From Octopus sinensis (lineage: Eukaryota), in the NCBI RefSeq assembly GCF_006345805.1, contig NC_043004.1:64418001-64482000 (forward strand): a stretch of DNA of 64,000 nt. Direction: 5' to 3'. A program made the translations under genes and the position numbers. The notes under the pieces were generated by a model, which was not told the DNA's origin, did no database searches, and worked only from the letters and a program-made list of their open reading frames with translations. Shown here piece after piece: positions 26,223 through 38,814 of this stretch. The stretch's first letter is position 1; the number at the start of each line of letters is the position of its first letter.

Positions 26223-26946
26223 ACACTATACGTTGAATGTTAGTCACCTTAAGGTTTATGTTAGTATATTTACATCACAGACACAGCTCTAGTTCTCAGC
26301 ATATGACTTCTCTCTCTCCAGTCTCTGTTACATCATACACACTAAGATATATGTAAACATTGTATGTTTTTTTTTCTGTCTATTTTTAATTTTATTATCT
26401 TGAGTTTTTTTATCACCTTCACATCTCCAAGAACCTTTCTGTCTCTTTCTTGTGTGTCTCCTTATCACAGTACACCATCTCATTTACTCTGTATGTATGT
26501 ATGTCTTAGCTTGTCTGTCTCTCTCTCTCTGTGTCTGCTTAAGTCCTGTTCACAAATGAGCACACATTTGTACAAAGCACATTTTGGTATGTGTGTGCTT
26601 GCGTATGTTCGTTTTACTCTGTGTATGTATGTGTATTAGTGCTTAGTTAGTATATATATATGTATGTGTGTGAAAGAGAGAGAGATAGAGAAGAAGATTA
26701 TTTCAGTCATTTTTGCTTTGTTTGTTATTTCTTTGTCATATCCCGAAACTAAAGGGCGAAAGAAGAAAATAAACTGCATACATGGCTAATTGCAAGTGTT
26801 AATTATTTAACCATTTAAATTTCATTGAAATTGGAGATAGCAGAAGATGGAAAAATAAAATATACAATAATAATTAGAACAACTACAACATCAATAATAA
26901 TGATACATAGAAATGCAATAATAACAGTGACAAGAACAACTCCAAC

Positions 26947-26980
<34 letters not shown>

Positions 26981-27189
26981 GTGATGATGGGGATGATGAT
27001 GATACATAGAAATAATGAGAATGAAGACCAAAGTGTATGTAGATGGAGAAAAAGATAATTTCAAATCCACAAGTCAAAGAAAATGGTAAGCAAACATGAG
27101 TTAAGTATAAGTTTGCGAAAGAAATATTTGCAGAAATACGTCTCTGGAAACAAAATTCTTGTGTTTGATGTAAATGTAGAATGTTGTGC

Positions 27190-27194
27190 GCACA

Positions 27195-27232
<38 letters not shown>

Positions 27233-27289
27233 CTCTCTCTCTCTCTCTCCTCTCTCTCCCTCTCTCTCTTTCCCTCTCCCTCTCTCTCC

Positions 27290-27336
<47 letters not shown>
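27190..27336. repeat. (CA)n-(CT)n compound microsatellite
   Basis: Direct inspection. Confidence 0.95.
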
Positions 27337-27338
<2 letters not shown>

Positions 27339-27643
27339 GCTCTGTTTTTGTGGGGTTTTTTAGGTGCCATATTTGGTTTTTCTTTTCTCTTTTTACATTA
27401 CTTTTCCACTTTTTTTTTAATTTTTAGTTCTTTTAAAATTCCTGAAAGAAAATAAAATTCAAAGGGGGTAAAAATAGTATGAAATAATAAAAAAAAATGC
27501 TGTCTTTGAGTTTCCTGTTACGTAATTAGTTTTAAATTAGTTTAAGGCAGTCTTTTTTTTCTCTTTTCTTTGATTTTTTTTCTTTTTTTTGCTTTACTGA
27601 ATTTTTAAAAAAATCTTTCTGTTTGCCCACACATCTGTGCAAG

Positions 27644-27661
27644 ATTCTTTTCCTTTGTATG
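27644..27661 (+). other. Candidate 18-nt micro-exon
   Basis: ~90 nt AG-free pyrimidine-rich tract with TGC motifs; aag|ATTCTTTTCCTTTGTATG|gtgagt. Confidence 0.3.
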
Positions 27662-27953
27662 GTGAGTGAAAAGAACTGAAAAGAATTAGTGATAAAATTT
27701 CAGTACACCTGGCGCTGACTCTGGTTTTCTGGCTCACACAGAGACTGCGTTGTATACCAGAATGTTCTCTACAGTTTATACCTGTGCTTCTGTAATATTT
27801 TTTGACTTTTTGGCACATGAGAAATCCAATTTTTTTTTTAAAAGAAGGAAAATATATATATATATTGGCACACTTCATATGGAATGGTAAAAGAAAAATA
27901 TAAACACTTCAAAGTTAAAGATTGAGAAAGAAAGAAATTATACAAACATAGAC

Positions 27954-29593
27954 ATGGATTCCCGGCAATCCTTCTAAAAGTATGTAAGAGAGTCCTAGCA
28001 AGACCACCGCAGTCTCTCTTTCAGAGCTTCCTTGCAACTGGCAAACTTCCAAGAAAACTGAAGGAAGGTAAAATATGCCCTATTCATAAAGGAGGTAGCA
28101 GAGCAGAGGCCAAGAACTACAGACCTATCTCTCTGACCTCACACATCAGCAAGGTCATGGAACGAATAGTCAGAAGGAAACTGATCACCTTCCTTGAAGA
28201 AAATGACTTGCTGCCTGACACCCAACATGGTTTCCGACCAGGAAGAAGCTGCTTAACTCAGCTCCTACAACACTATGACTGGGTGCTGAAACGACTGCTC
28301 AACCACTCAAATGTGGAAGTGATATATCTCGACTTTGCAAAGGCCTTTGATAAAGTCGATCATGGAATGATATGTCACAAACTGCGTGATCTTAGCATAG
28401 TTGGAAAACTGGGAGAATGGCTTCATGACTTTCTGAAAGATAGAAGTCAGGTGGTAGTAGCCAATGGGACCACTTCCATTAACACGCAAATAGTGAGCGG
28501 TGTTCCGCAGGGCACTGTTTTGGGACCACTACTGTTCATAGTGGCCCTCTCAGACATGCCCTCAGCCACGCAGAGAGCCACAATCACAAGTTATGCAGAT
28601 GATACAAAAGTTTCACAGGCAATACAGAACCCTGAGGACACTAAACGCCTGCAATGTGAGCTGGACAAAATATACAAGTGGGCTGAAAAGAATAGCATGC
28701 AGTTCAATCCTGAAAAGTTTCAAGCTTTATGCTATCAGCATGCAAAACTAAATGCAATACCCAATGAATACACTGGACCCGGAGGAATTGCAATCCCAGA
28801 GGCACAATCAGTGCGTGACCTGGGTATTTACATGAGTGATGACACAACCTTTCGTGTACATGTTGCTAAATTGGCAATGAAATGTAGACGACAGGCCGGA
28901 TGGATTCTTAGAACCTTTAGAACAAGAGAACAAGAAACCATGATGGTCCTCTGGAGGACACTTGTCCTAAGCCACTTTGACTATTGCTCTCAGCTATGGT
29001 CACCATCCAGTGTCAAGCTGATCACAGAACTTGAGGCGATCCAACGTAGCTACACGAAGAAGATAGCCTCTGTGCAGCATATAAGCTACTGGGAAAGACT
29101 CAAGAGATTAAAACTCTATTCCTTGGAGTGTAGGCGAGAAAGATATGCCATAATATACATCTGGAAGATCCTGGAAGGACTTGTCCCAAACTTTGGCATC
29201 GAGAGTTACACAAATGCCAGAACTGAGCGCCACTGCGTGGTGCCAAGGACTCCAAATTTGCCATCAAGATGTAGGACAAGATTCTGTGATAGCCTGGGCT
29301 TCCGAGGCCCACAGCTCTTCAATATCCTCCCGAAGAACCTGAGAGACCTGCATGGGGTGGATGCAGATGTCTTTAAAATGAAACTGGATCTCTTCTTGTC
29401 AGGTATCCCAGATGAACCAACTTCACGGCAGGAGGTGCAGATGAGGGCAGCTGCATCAAACTCTCTCATGCACCAAATGGCAGTTGCTAAAAAGCATTCG
29501 TGAAGTAAAACCATGTAGCAACACCAAATGGTGGTGCCCCAGCATGGCCACAGCTCGTGAGCTGAAACTAGAATCAATCAATTGAATCAATCA
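27954..29593 (+). mobile_element. 5'-truncated CR1-type LINE with 3' UTR and (AATC)n tail
   Basis: RT frame, short 3' UTR with hairpin cagctcgtgagctg, aatc repeats; possible catg target duplication. Confidence 0.92.
27956..29503 (+). CDS. LINE ORF2 reverse transcriptase and C-terminal domain (5'-truncated; frame open upstream of track Met 28157)
   Basis: GFPAILLK..PIHKGG..NYRPISLTS, QHGFRPGRSCLTQL, YLDFAKAFDKV, GVPQGTVLGPLLF, YADDTK, RDLGI, LKLYSLECRRER; no stops or frameshifts. Confidence 0.92.
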   Translation, partial: GFPAILLKVCKRVLARPPQSLFQSFLATGKLPRKLKEGKICPIHKGGSRAEAKNYRPISLTSHISKVMERIVRRKLITFLEENDLLPDTQHGFRPGRSCLTQLLQHYDWVLKRLLNHSNVEVIYLDFAKAFDKVDHGMICHKLRDLSIVGKLGEWLHDFLKDRSQVVVANGTTSINTQIVSGVPQGTVLGPLLFIVALSDMPSATQRATITSYADDTKVSQAIQNPEDTKRLQCELDKIYKWAEKNSMQFNPEKFQALCYQHAKLNAIPNEYTGPGGIAIPEAQSVRDLGIYMSDDTTFRVHVAKLAMKCRRQAGWILRTFRTREQETMMVLWRTLVLSHFDYCSQLWSPSSVKLITELEAIQRSYTKKIASVQHISYWERLKRLKLYSLECRRERYAIIYIWKILEGLVPNFGIESYTNARTERHCVVPRTPNLPSRCRTRFCDSLGFRGPQLFNILPKNLRDLHGVDADVFKMKLDLFLSGIPDEPTSRQEVQMRAAASNSLMHQMAVAKKHS

Positions 29594-29740
29594 TGACTGT
29601 GTGGTTAAGGATCTTACTTGGCAGCTATGTGCTTTTGGGTTCAGTCCTATCCTAGACAAATGTTCTTTTATTATAGCCACAGTTTCATTCAATGCCATGT
29701 GAGTGAATTTGGTAGATGGAAACTAAGGGAAAGACCCTAT
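29594..29740 (+). mobile_element. Old SINE family A 5' part (LINE target)
   Basis: tgactgtgtggttaagg..gggttcagtcc..gtgagtgaatttggtagatggaaact. Confidence 0.65.
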
Positions 29741-29749
29741 TTATTTACG

Positions 29750-30185
29750 AATGCCTATGGGATTGCACCTAGAAAGTTCCCCTCTGAGGCACAAGTCCAA
29801 GCAAGGTTATTTAGGGGGAAAACCAGCAGTCACCCATGCATACCAGCCTTGCCTCTCCATGTCACTAATGTTGTCCAAGGAAAAGGCCGATACAAGGCTA
29901 CCCTCCAAGATAAAGTCCAAGCAAGGTGGTTTATGGAAGACCAGCAGTCACCCATGCATACCAGCCTCCCCTCTCCGTGCCACCGATGTTATCCATGGAA
30001 AAGGCAATGACTGATACAGCTTGGCACAAGTGACATTGCAACTCATTTTTGCCAGTTGAGTGAACTGGAGCAACATGAAATAAAGTGTCATGCTCAAGAA
30101 CATAACACACAGCCTGGTCCTGGAATTGAACACACAACCTCATGATTGTGAGCCTGACACTATAACCACTGAGCCATGTGTCTCC
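29750..30185 (-). mobile_element. SINE family C with internal duplication
   Basis: gattgcacctagaaag..aagtccaagcaagg block twice; gagtgaactggagcaacatgaaataaagtgtc; tRNA-like head near 30180. Confidence 0.85.
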
Positions 30186-30187
30186 TG

Positions 30188-30392
30188 ACTACATGGTTTC
30201 AGATTCAGTCTTGCTGTGAAGAAATTTGGGCAAGTGTCTTCTATATCCCTGGGCCAACTAAAGCCTTATAAGTGAATTTGGCACACAGAAACTGAAAGAA
30301 GCCCTGTGTGCATGTGCATTGACTGATGTTCCTGCAACTTAACGGTTCAGCAAAAGAGACCAATAGTATAAGTACCAGACTTTAAAAATAAG
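30188..30392 (+). mobile_element. SINE family A, degenerate
   Basis: ggcaagtgtcttct..gaaactgaaagaagccc..gcaaaagagaccaatagtataagtacc. Confidence 0.7.
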
Positions 30393-30896
30393 TAATGCAC
30401 CTGTATTCTCTTATTAAATCTACCGAGCATATTCACCTTGTCACATGATTTAACCCTCTTGTGACCAGATTCCTTCGTGAAATAAACTCCCTATGTATTT
30501 TAATTAATTTTGAAAAATAAATTGGTTTGGTTTGGTTTAATTTGTAGAAACAAAACAAAATGGAATCATCAATTCAGAAGTAATTAGTAATATAATTAAC
30601 TTTTTTTAATTATTGACCCCCTTGACACCAACCACAAACAAGACAACACTTGTGTTAGGAGACAAACTTTCTGTTTAAAAGTGACATGAATCAAAACCTT
30701 TTATCCAAATTCCTAGATTAGTTTGTTTCACACAATCAGATTTAGAATGACAAAGTTTGTTTACTAAATTTTCATTAGTTTTTAAATTAATTCAAACATT
30801 CAGTGTATTTTAACACAAATATTTTAAAGGGTTAAACCACTGTTTAAAACATGACTCAATGAAAATGTTTTTATATGAATTTAGAAGGTTTTAATT

Positions 30897-31191
30897 ATTT
30901 TGATACCAACTCACCTGAGACTGCCTTTGGTTCTATGATACAAAATTCCTGTTTTAAAGTAATCAAACCTTCTATTGAAATCTCCAGGTTGATTTATGGT
31001 CCAGATACCAGTTTAATAATGACAGTTATTTTACTAAATTCATCACTATTTTCAAAATTAATTAAAACAAACGTAATGTGTCTCAATAGAAATATAGTAA
31101 TGAAAGGGTTAATTTTAAAACGAACATTTTAAAGCTGGTTGTGTTGTATTCTAAAAGCAGTCGCAGTCTCAGGTGGATTGCTATCAAAAGG
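30897..31191. mobile_element. MITE with ~27 bp terminal inverted repeats, within a cluster of TTAA-type remnants (30430-31345)
   Basis: ttttgataccaactcacctgagactgc ... gcagtctcaggtggattgctatcaaaa. Confidence 0.7.
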
Positions 31192-31689
31192 TTTGAACTG
31201 ACGTTTGAAATATAATTTAGCAAAGTTCCTTACATAAATTTATGAATGAAGGTTTTGATTTAAACACTTTAGAAGCAGAGGACTTAGTATGATAGAAATG
31301 AGAGGTAGTGGTCTTGGTCTGACATGTTGGCATTAAAATGGTTCAAAGGATGGCAATCTAGCAAATTAAAGTATTCTCTGCCATTGATTAAATAATAAAT
31401 TTCCTCAAACCTAGAAGATGGATCACTTCCTAACAAAAGAGACTACTTTAACATGAGCAGGTGTTTTCTGAACGTTGCGTCTGAATTAATTGGACTTCTG
31501 GCTCCTTGTAGCGTCTCTTTTTACTTCAGCCATCTTTGGACATGCTGGAACCAACAACATAGGGTTTATGGAATTGCTGCTGCTGCTAATTCCTCTTTTT
31601 CTTCTCCTTTCACTCCCCCACTCTCTCTCCCTTTCTCTCTTTCTTGCACAGACACGTGTGTGTGTGTGTGTATGCATGTGCATGTGAAT

Positions 31690-32103
31690 AATTGGAGAGA
31701 AAAACTGGGTGTAAGAGGCATCAAAAGCAGCATGCAAGAAAGAAGGCTGCGCTGGTTCGGACAGTTGCATCAAGAGGAACAGCTCTCCAATTGCAGAGGG
31801 AGCATGTGGAAATGGTGGACCCAGGAAGACATGGCATGAAGTGGTGAAAAAGGATCTACAGATTTCGAGACTTACAGAGGAGATGCCAAGGGACCGAGAC
31901 TCCTGGTGGTTTGCAAGCTAAGTAAAAGCATGGTTGCCCTTAGCATACAGGCTCATCCCCTGCAACCCTGTAGAAACTCTGCCAGATCAAGACTGGAGCT
32001 TGGTGCAGCCATCTGGTTTGCCATTCCTCAGTCAAATCATCCAACCCATGCTAGCATGGAAAGCGGACGTTAAACAATGATGATGATGATGATGATGATG
32101 ATG

Positions 32104-32105
<2 letters not shown>
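31690..32105 (+). mobile_element. RTE LINE 3' remnant followed by family-B-type tail
   Basis: REKLGVRGIKSSMQERRLRWFG; then ctgtagaaactctgccagatc...catgctagcatggaaagcggacgttaaacaa(tga)n. Confidence 0.75.
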
Positions 32106-32138
<33 letters not shown>

Positions 32139-32593
32139 TGTATGTATGTATGTATGTATGTATGTGTGTATGTATACAACACACCAATATAATTTATGTA
32201 TGAACTTACACACAGATACACTCTACTTCTATTAGAACCCTTCTCCTTCCCTTAAATATAAAAATTTCCAGAGCCACTAATGCATCTATTTATATCAGTA
32301 AACCATTACTCCCTCCTCCAAAAGAGCATTATTATTCACATACTGTTATAACTACTTCAAACACCAGCCTCACTTTATGTACAGCCACCACCACTGGTTC
32401 TGCTATGACCACCACCATCTATGGAAATGCCATATAAATGCAACTGACAGAAATGTACAAATATTGTCTGTAGAAATCATAGGAAAAGTTTAGAAACATA
32501 ATTGAAATGTGGTGTATATAAGAATATGTGTATGTGTGCTTCACTACATATATATGTAAGCGTTTTTATCAAGAACCTATATATAGATACTTG

Positions 32594-32664
<71 letters not shown>

Positions 32665-32940
32665 GTATATATATATATAGGTCCCTGTATGTTTGTATAC
32701 ATGTGTGTGTATACACTTACAAACACACATTTACATGCATACAGGAACCTTATATATATATATATACACATATATGTATGTATATGTGTGTGTGTGTGTG
32801 CGTATGTGTATATATATATATATTATGTTAGATTGGAATGATGCATGTGTAAATATTTGTATGTATATGTGATATACATGTAATAATATATGTATGTCCT
32901 TTTTAAATATGTACTATGTATGCATTAAACCAAAATATGT

Positions 32941-32976
<36 letters not shown>

Positions 32977-33228
32977 TCCATGTCTGTGTTGTATATAAGA
33001 TAAATGGAATGTGTGTATATGTGTATAATGTATTTGTGTTGTTTATGTATGTGAAAAAAAAATTGGGCATTTTGATTTATATATGTATGTGTGTGTGTTG
33101 TGTGATTTAAATTGCACAATATATAACCAGAATTATGAACTTCCTGTGCATCCCTAAACATCAAAAGAGAAAACTTTGAAAAGAACTCGTGTATTACAGT
33201 CAAAGTTTTCTTTCTCTGGTCTCCATAG

Positions 33229-33252
33229 TTACAAAGATCACAGATTAAACTG
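33229..33252 (+). other. Candidate 24-nt micro-exon
   Basis: ttttctttctctggtctccatag|TTACAAAGATCACAGATTAAACTG|gtgagt; open in phase 0 (LQRSQIKL) and phase 2. Confidence 0.35.
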
Positions 33253-33464
33253 GTGAGTTATTTCTGAAATCATCATCATCATCACCATTATTTTACATTC
33301 ACTGTCTCCATATTTGTATAGGTTGGATAGGTCTTGTACTCTCTCACCTGAATCCTGCTACCTCCACTAAGGTGCAGTCTGCAATAGGATAACTAACAAA
33401 TCCTTTCTACTCTGCATCTGTTCTCACATGGAGTGATTCCAGTCCTACATGGTAATCATAAAAG

Positions 33465-33770
33465 CACATGGCTTAGTGGTTAGGGTATTCAGCTCACGAC
33501 TGTAAGTTCATGAGTTCAATTCCCGGTGATGCATCGTGTCCTTGAGCAAGACACTTTATTTCACATTGCTCCAGTCCACTCAGCTGGCAAAAATTAAATA
33601 ACCCCTGTAATTTCAAAGGGCCAGCCTTGTCACATTTGGTGTCTCTCTAAGAACTACATTAAGAGTACATGTGCCTACAGAGTGCTCACATGTTAATTTC
33701 ACAAGCAGGTTGTTCCATTGATCAGATCAACTGGAACCCTCATCACTATAATCAACAGAGTGCCACATGT
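33465..33770 (+). mobile_element. SINE family C (alternative 3' body)
   Basis: tggcttagtggttaggg..gagttcaattccc..gtgtccttgagcaagacactttatttcacattgctccagtccactcagctgg. Confidence 0.8.
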
Positions 33771-33939
33771 TAACCACAGCAACATGCAGCATCTATTTCT
33801 GTAATCCTGCTTCTTGACAATTTGTCTTCAGCTTTTCCTCTCAGCTTTCGTCATTCTTCTCTATTCCTCTGCCGTACTCATTCAGAAACATCCTTTGCTT
33901 TTTCTTTGCATTTTGGGTATCTCAACTTTGGCAGTTTTC

Positions 33940-34385
33940 CTAATTTCAATTCCAATTATCTTGGACATTGAGAATCTGATTAGAAAGCCAAGACATGAAG
34001 TGTCCTCTGTGCAGTGCCAACATGAATTCTGATGCCATTTTCTAAGTTCATTTATCTTAGGCACTTTTGATAGAAATTCAAGATGTCAAGCCTTTACAGG
34101 AAGCACTCTCCATATGCTGCCATCCTTATGCCTCATACCTTTCTCAAAGTCCATCTTCTGAGGGACTTATTTTAGGCCATTTGGCAAGAAATCCTAGACA
34201 TGCCACCTCTACAGCAAATACTCTTCAAGTACTGTGATCATGATGTTTCATACATTTCTTCAAGTCCAATTATTTTAAGCCCTTCCATTAAAATTCCAAG
34301 TCATCGTACTTCTACAGGAAGCACCCTCATGCACCGCTTTCCTCATGCCATTCTCTAAGTCCATCATATTTTAGACACTGTTCCT
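33940..34385. repeat. Highly degenerate ~90-120 bp tandem repeat
   Basis: Recurring anchors ttctc/aagtcca..att(c/t)tag..agaaa..caag..tctacag. Confidence 0.5.
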
Positions 34386-35707
34386 TATTATACCTGCTCC
34401 ATATTGCCAATCAGTTCAATATATTTTGTATGTATGTTTCTAATGTCTTGGGAGTACAAGCATTTCCTTGAAATTCACCTGTACCTTCTGGTTAATAGCC
34501 CCATGCAGAAGTCTACCCTCTGTTTTAACTCTTACATTTGTCCATTCTGAACCTTCCTGTAGAAAACGCGAGGAAAAAACTTGATGTTGGTTCTCTTTGC
34601 AAAGATTCTGTTGCATTGGTGCTTTGTTGCATCAGAGGTATGAGTGCATGTGTATATGTACGCATGTGTATACATATACTTATATGTGCATGTATGTATG
34701 TGAGTGTGTATGTATATACATTTATGTATACATGTGTGCACATATATATATATATAAGTGCAAATAAATGTGTATGTATACATGCATGTGCACATGTGCA
34801 TATGTGTATATTTATGAGAGTATATATGTGTGCATGCATATATGTATATTTATATGTGTGTGTGTGTATGTATGTATGTTATGTAGGTGCATGTGTGCAT
34901 GTATATATGTAGATGTGTGTTTGTATATGATCGACAGTAGCACAAAACAAAAACGATTTTATTTGAAATTGTTGAAGAGAAAAAAAGTCTGCTAAGAAAG
35001 AAAAGAAACTAAAATATTTCTAGCTATATAATGAGAAGGTGAGTGGGGGAGGGTTATATGGAAGATGAAGGCAGGGAGAAGGAAAAGAACTGCTAATTTG
35101 GTCTTTGAAGTGTATTGTGTATGGTTGTATGTGTGTGGCTTGTAAATGTGTGTACATACACACACACACTATACATAAACATATATACATATATATATAT
35201 GCATTTATATAGAGATAGATAGGTAGATAGACAGAAAGATAGATAGATAAATAGATAAATGCTCATATAATTTAATAGATGCATTTCCTTAAACACATAC
35301 TGTCTATTAATTTGTTATTTCTAAGTGTATGTATGGATATATGAACTTGTATGTGAACGCAATTGTGTTCACATGTGTTTGCATAAAAATGTAGTGAAAT
35401 ATGTACATGCATACGCACAAGCCCACATGCACAATTCATGCCACATTCACAAAATATAAACACCAAACAGTTTTCAAATTTATGTACTATAATCACGTGA
35501 CATTAACATTTTCTAAAATATTTTTATTTAATTGCTATATAAGAAACTCACTTTTTGACAATTTTTATTTGGTTCAAAACAATTTTTTTTTGGGAAACTT
35601 CCATGCTTTTCCAACAAATAATATATATATATACATACATACAATTATATATGTACACACATTCAAACACACGCACACACACACACACACGCGCACACAC
35701 ACACACG

Positions 35708-35738
<31 letters not shown>

Positions 35739-36140
35739 GCAGGGGTGGCTGTGTGGTAAGTAGCTTGCTAACCAACCACATGGTTCCGGGTTCAGTCCCA
35801 CTGTGTGGCACCTTGGACAAGTGTCTTCTGCTATTGCCTCGGGCTGATCAAAGACTTGTGAGTGGATTTGGTAGATGGAAACTGAAAGAAGCCTGTCGTA
35901 TATATATGTATGTATATGTTTGCCCCCCCCCCCCACACACACACACACACACCCTCACTTGACAACCGATGTTGGTGTGTCAACATCTCCATAACTTAGC
36001 AGTTCAGCAATATAGACCGATAGAATAAGTACTAGGCTTACAAAGAATAAGTTCTGGGGTCGATTTGTCTGACTAAAGATGGTGCTCCAGCATGGTCGCA
36101 GTTAAATGACTGAAACAAATAAAAGAATAAAAGAGTAAAA
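35739..36140 (+). mobile_element. SINE family A, full length
   Basis: Head, internal microsatellite, tail gcagttaaatgactgaaac. Confidence 0.88.
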
Positions 36141-36173
36141 TATAGGAGCCCATCCATACATATATACATACAG

Positions 36174-36213
<40 letters not shown>

Positions 36214-36460
36214 TATATATATATATATATATGCCAGTATGGAAGACAGATATTAAATGACGATGATGATGATATATACAGGCATGTATGTGTGCACGGA
36301 CAGGCACACACATGTCCAGTTTAAATAAATAAATATAGAAATACTGTTCAGACTAATTTGTTGAAGAAATAACACAAGACAAAGCTACAATAAAAAGAAG
36401 TGATAAAAACAAATAAAAAAATACATATGCAAAACCAATTAATAATAATATTAATAAAAA

Positions 36461-36500
<40 letters not shown>

Positions 36501-37799
36501 AGCAATAATAATAAAAATAATAATAATAAAAGCAAAAATAACAATAACATAAAAGCAATAATGAAAATAGAATACCTTTGATAAAGGTAAGAATAATAAT
36601 AATAATAATTTTAAAAATATAATAAAAATCATAAATAACAATGAATTTATTTTCTTTCTTAAAATATTTTCCTTACTGCATCTTCATTCAATATTTGCAT
36701 TTTTTTCCCTCCTTTATTCCAGAATTTTTTTATTAATTTATTATTATTATTTTTTTCTTTTTTTACCATTCTTCCTTATTCTTCCTCTTCAGCTAATTCT
36801 CGTTTGATATAGTTTGATAATGTCTGTTTACTAATTCGAAGACACAGGTATTGAGTATGAATGCCACAGTGGATTGGCAAGTTCCCTTAATGCCATAGTT
36901 GAAGGTACCATTCTTGTTCGGTGTGGGGTTTGTTGGGTTTGTTTTTTATAATCGAGGATATTGTTGATGTTTTGCTGGAATGTAGAGAATTTATCATAGA
37001 ATGTATGTGTACATATACATGCATACACACACACGCACACACACACATATGTATATGTATAAACATGTAGAAGAAATCTAAACAAATTTATGTACATGCA
37101 TATATATACACAAATACATCACATATTAAAAAACACACTTTCATTTATATATATACGTTTAGTGTGTGTGTTTGTGTGTGTATTTCAGCATCTCTGTAAA
37201 AATATATATACAGTTTTAAACAGTATGGTACACATTTATAAATACAAAAGTAAGACGATACATGATTCAACATACATAAAAATTAATGTATACTTGCATG
37301 TGTGTACACACACACACACACACACACACCTCAATCAATAGCCCAGCAGTTTTGCTTGATTTGATTGCATGAGGTTGTGTCTGTGATTATAGTATTTTTT
37401 AACCATTTTCCTGGCACAGAATCTATGGCTAATGAATGAATTATACATATGTCTGTATACACAAAGGTATATATGTCTGTCTTACATGTATATAACCTGT
37501 ACACATACAGATGTTCTCCATATACGCTCACAAACATTCCTATTCTCTCACTGGCACATAACTATCTATTTTATTTTCCTTTCACAATTCTGAAATTTTA
37601 ACAATTGATATACATGGATATATTTTTTCATTTCTTTTTTGTATTTGGTTGGCAAGATTCTTTAATTTGAACTCATGTGTTGAAACATATTTTTGTAGTA
37701 ACTTGGGAGGGTCATTATACCAACAATAAACACATACACTGGTTCTATTTCACTTCATTTTTTGTCAATTGATTAGCTATTTAACCAATTAACTAATCC

Positions 37800-38198
37800 A
37801 GGAGTGGCTGTGTGGTAAGTAACTTGCTTACCAACCACATGGTTCTGGGTTCATTCCCACTGCGCAAGTGTCTTCTACTAGAGCCTCAGCCAACCAAAGC
37901 CTTGTGAGTGGATTTGGTAGACGGAAACTGAAAGAAGCCGATCCTACATATATATGTATATATATATATATGTGTGTGCGTGTATGTTTGTGTGTGCGTG
38001 TTTGTCCCCCTAGCATTGCTTGATAACCAATGCTGGTGTGTTTATGTCCCCGTCACTTAGCGGTTCAGCAAAAGAGACCGATAGAATAAGTACTGGGCTT
38101 ACAAAGAATAAGTCCCGGGGTCAAGTTGCTCGACTAAAGGTGGTGCTCCAGCAGGGCCGCAGTCAAATGACTGAAACAAGTAAAAGAGTAAAAGAGAG
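37800..38198 (+). mobile_element. SINE family A, full length
   Basis: Same consensus. Confidence 0.88.
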
Positions 38199-38598
38199 AT
38201 ATGAGCATAGTTTCATGGTTAAAGTGTTTGCTTTGCAATGATGCCTTTGATGCCAATCGATTTAAGCTACATCTTTTTCTTTAACTTCAGCTTGATCCAA
38301 ATTTTGTAAGTAAAATTGATGAGACAATTGTGCAAAAGCCCTTCAGATGGAAAATGGATTGAAAAGGATTACTTTTGTCTTCCGCATACTGTTATGGGTT
38401 GATTCTCTCTGAAGTGTGCAAGTATATATGGAATACTCATCCACTTTATAATTCAAGGAATAGTTAGGTCTTTTGATCAAGCACCTTGAATATTCAACAT
38501 TGAAATTGATAAAAAAAAAACATTTAGTGTGTGTGTGTGTGTGTGTGCTAATATCAAACAATGAGTATGACTGCTCAGTACTGCACTGGGGCATAAAT

Positions 38599-38770
38599 AT
38601 TCTTTATTTGTGAATTAACAATGCTACCAATGGTTTCATATGAAAACATCTTCACAATTGTTCAAGTGTGCCACAAATGATACTTATCAACACCTTCACA
38701 TGCTAAGACAATTGGGAAGATCCCTTCACATCGAATCATTGGTAGCTTTGTTGACCCATGAATAAAGAAT
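38599..38770. repeat. Imperfect foldback (~72 bp arms)
   Basis: attctttatttgtgaattaacaatgctaccaatg..catcttcacaattg vs caattgggaagat..cattggtagctttgttgacccatgaataaagaat. Confidence 0.8.
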
Positions 38771-38814
38771 GTGTGGGTGGGTGCATGTGTGTGTGTGTGA
38801 GTACTGGATTAAAG

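Noticed and set aside
36793-36847. Exon-like segment after a strong pyrimidine tract
   Set aside because: Stops in all three frames from the first AG; an open reading needs the second AG at 36812, and the donor is weak.
36975-37000. tggaatgtagagaattt resembling miR-1
   Set aside because: Several mismatches and no complementary arm for a precursor hairpin.
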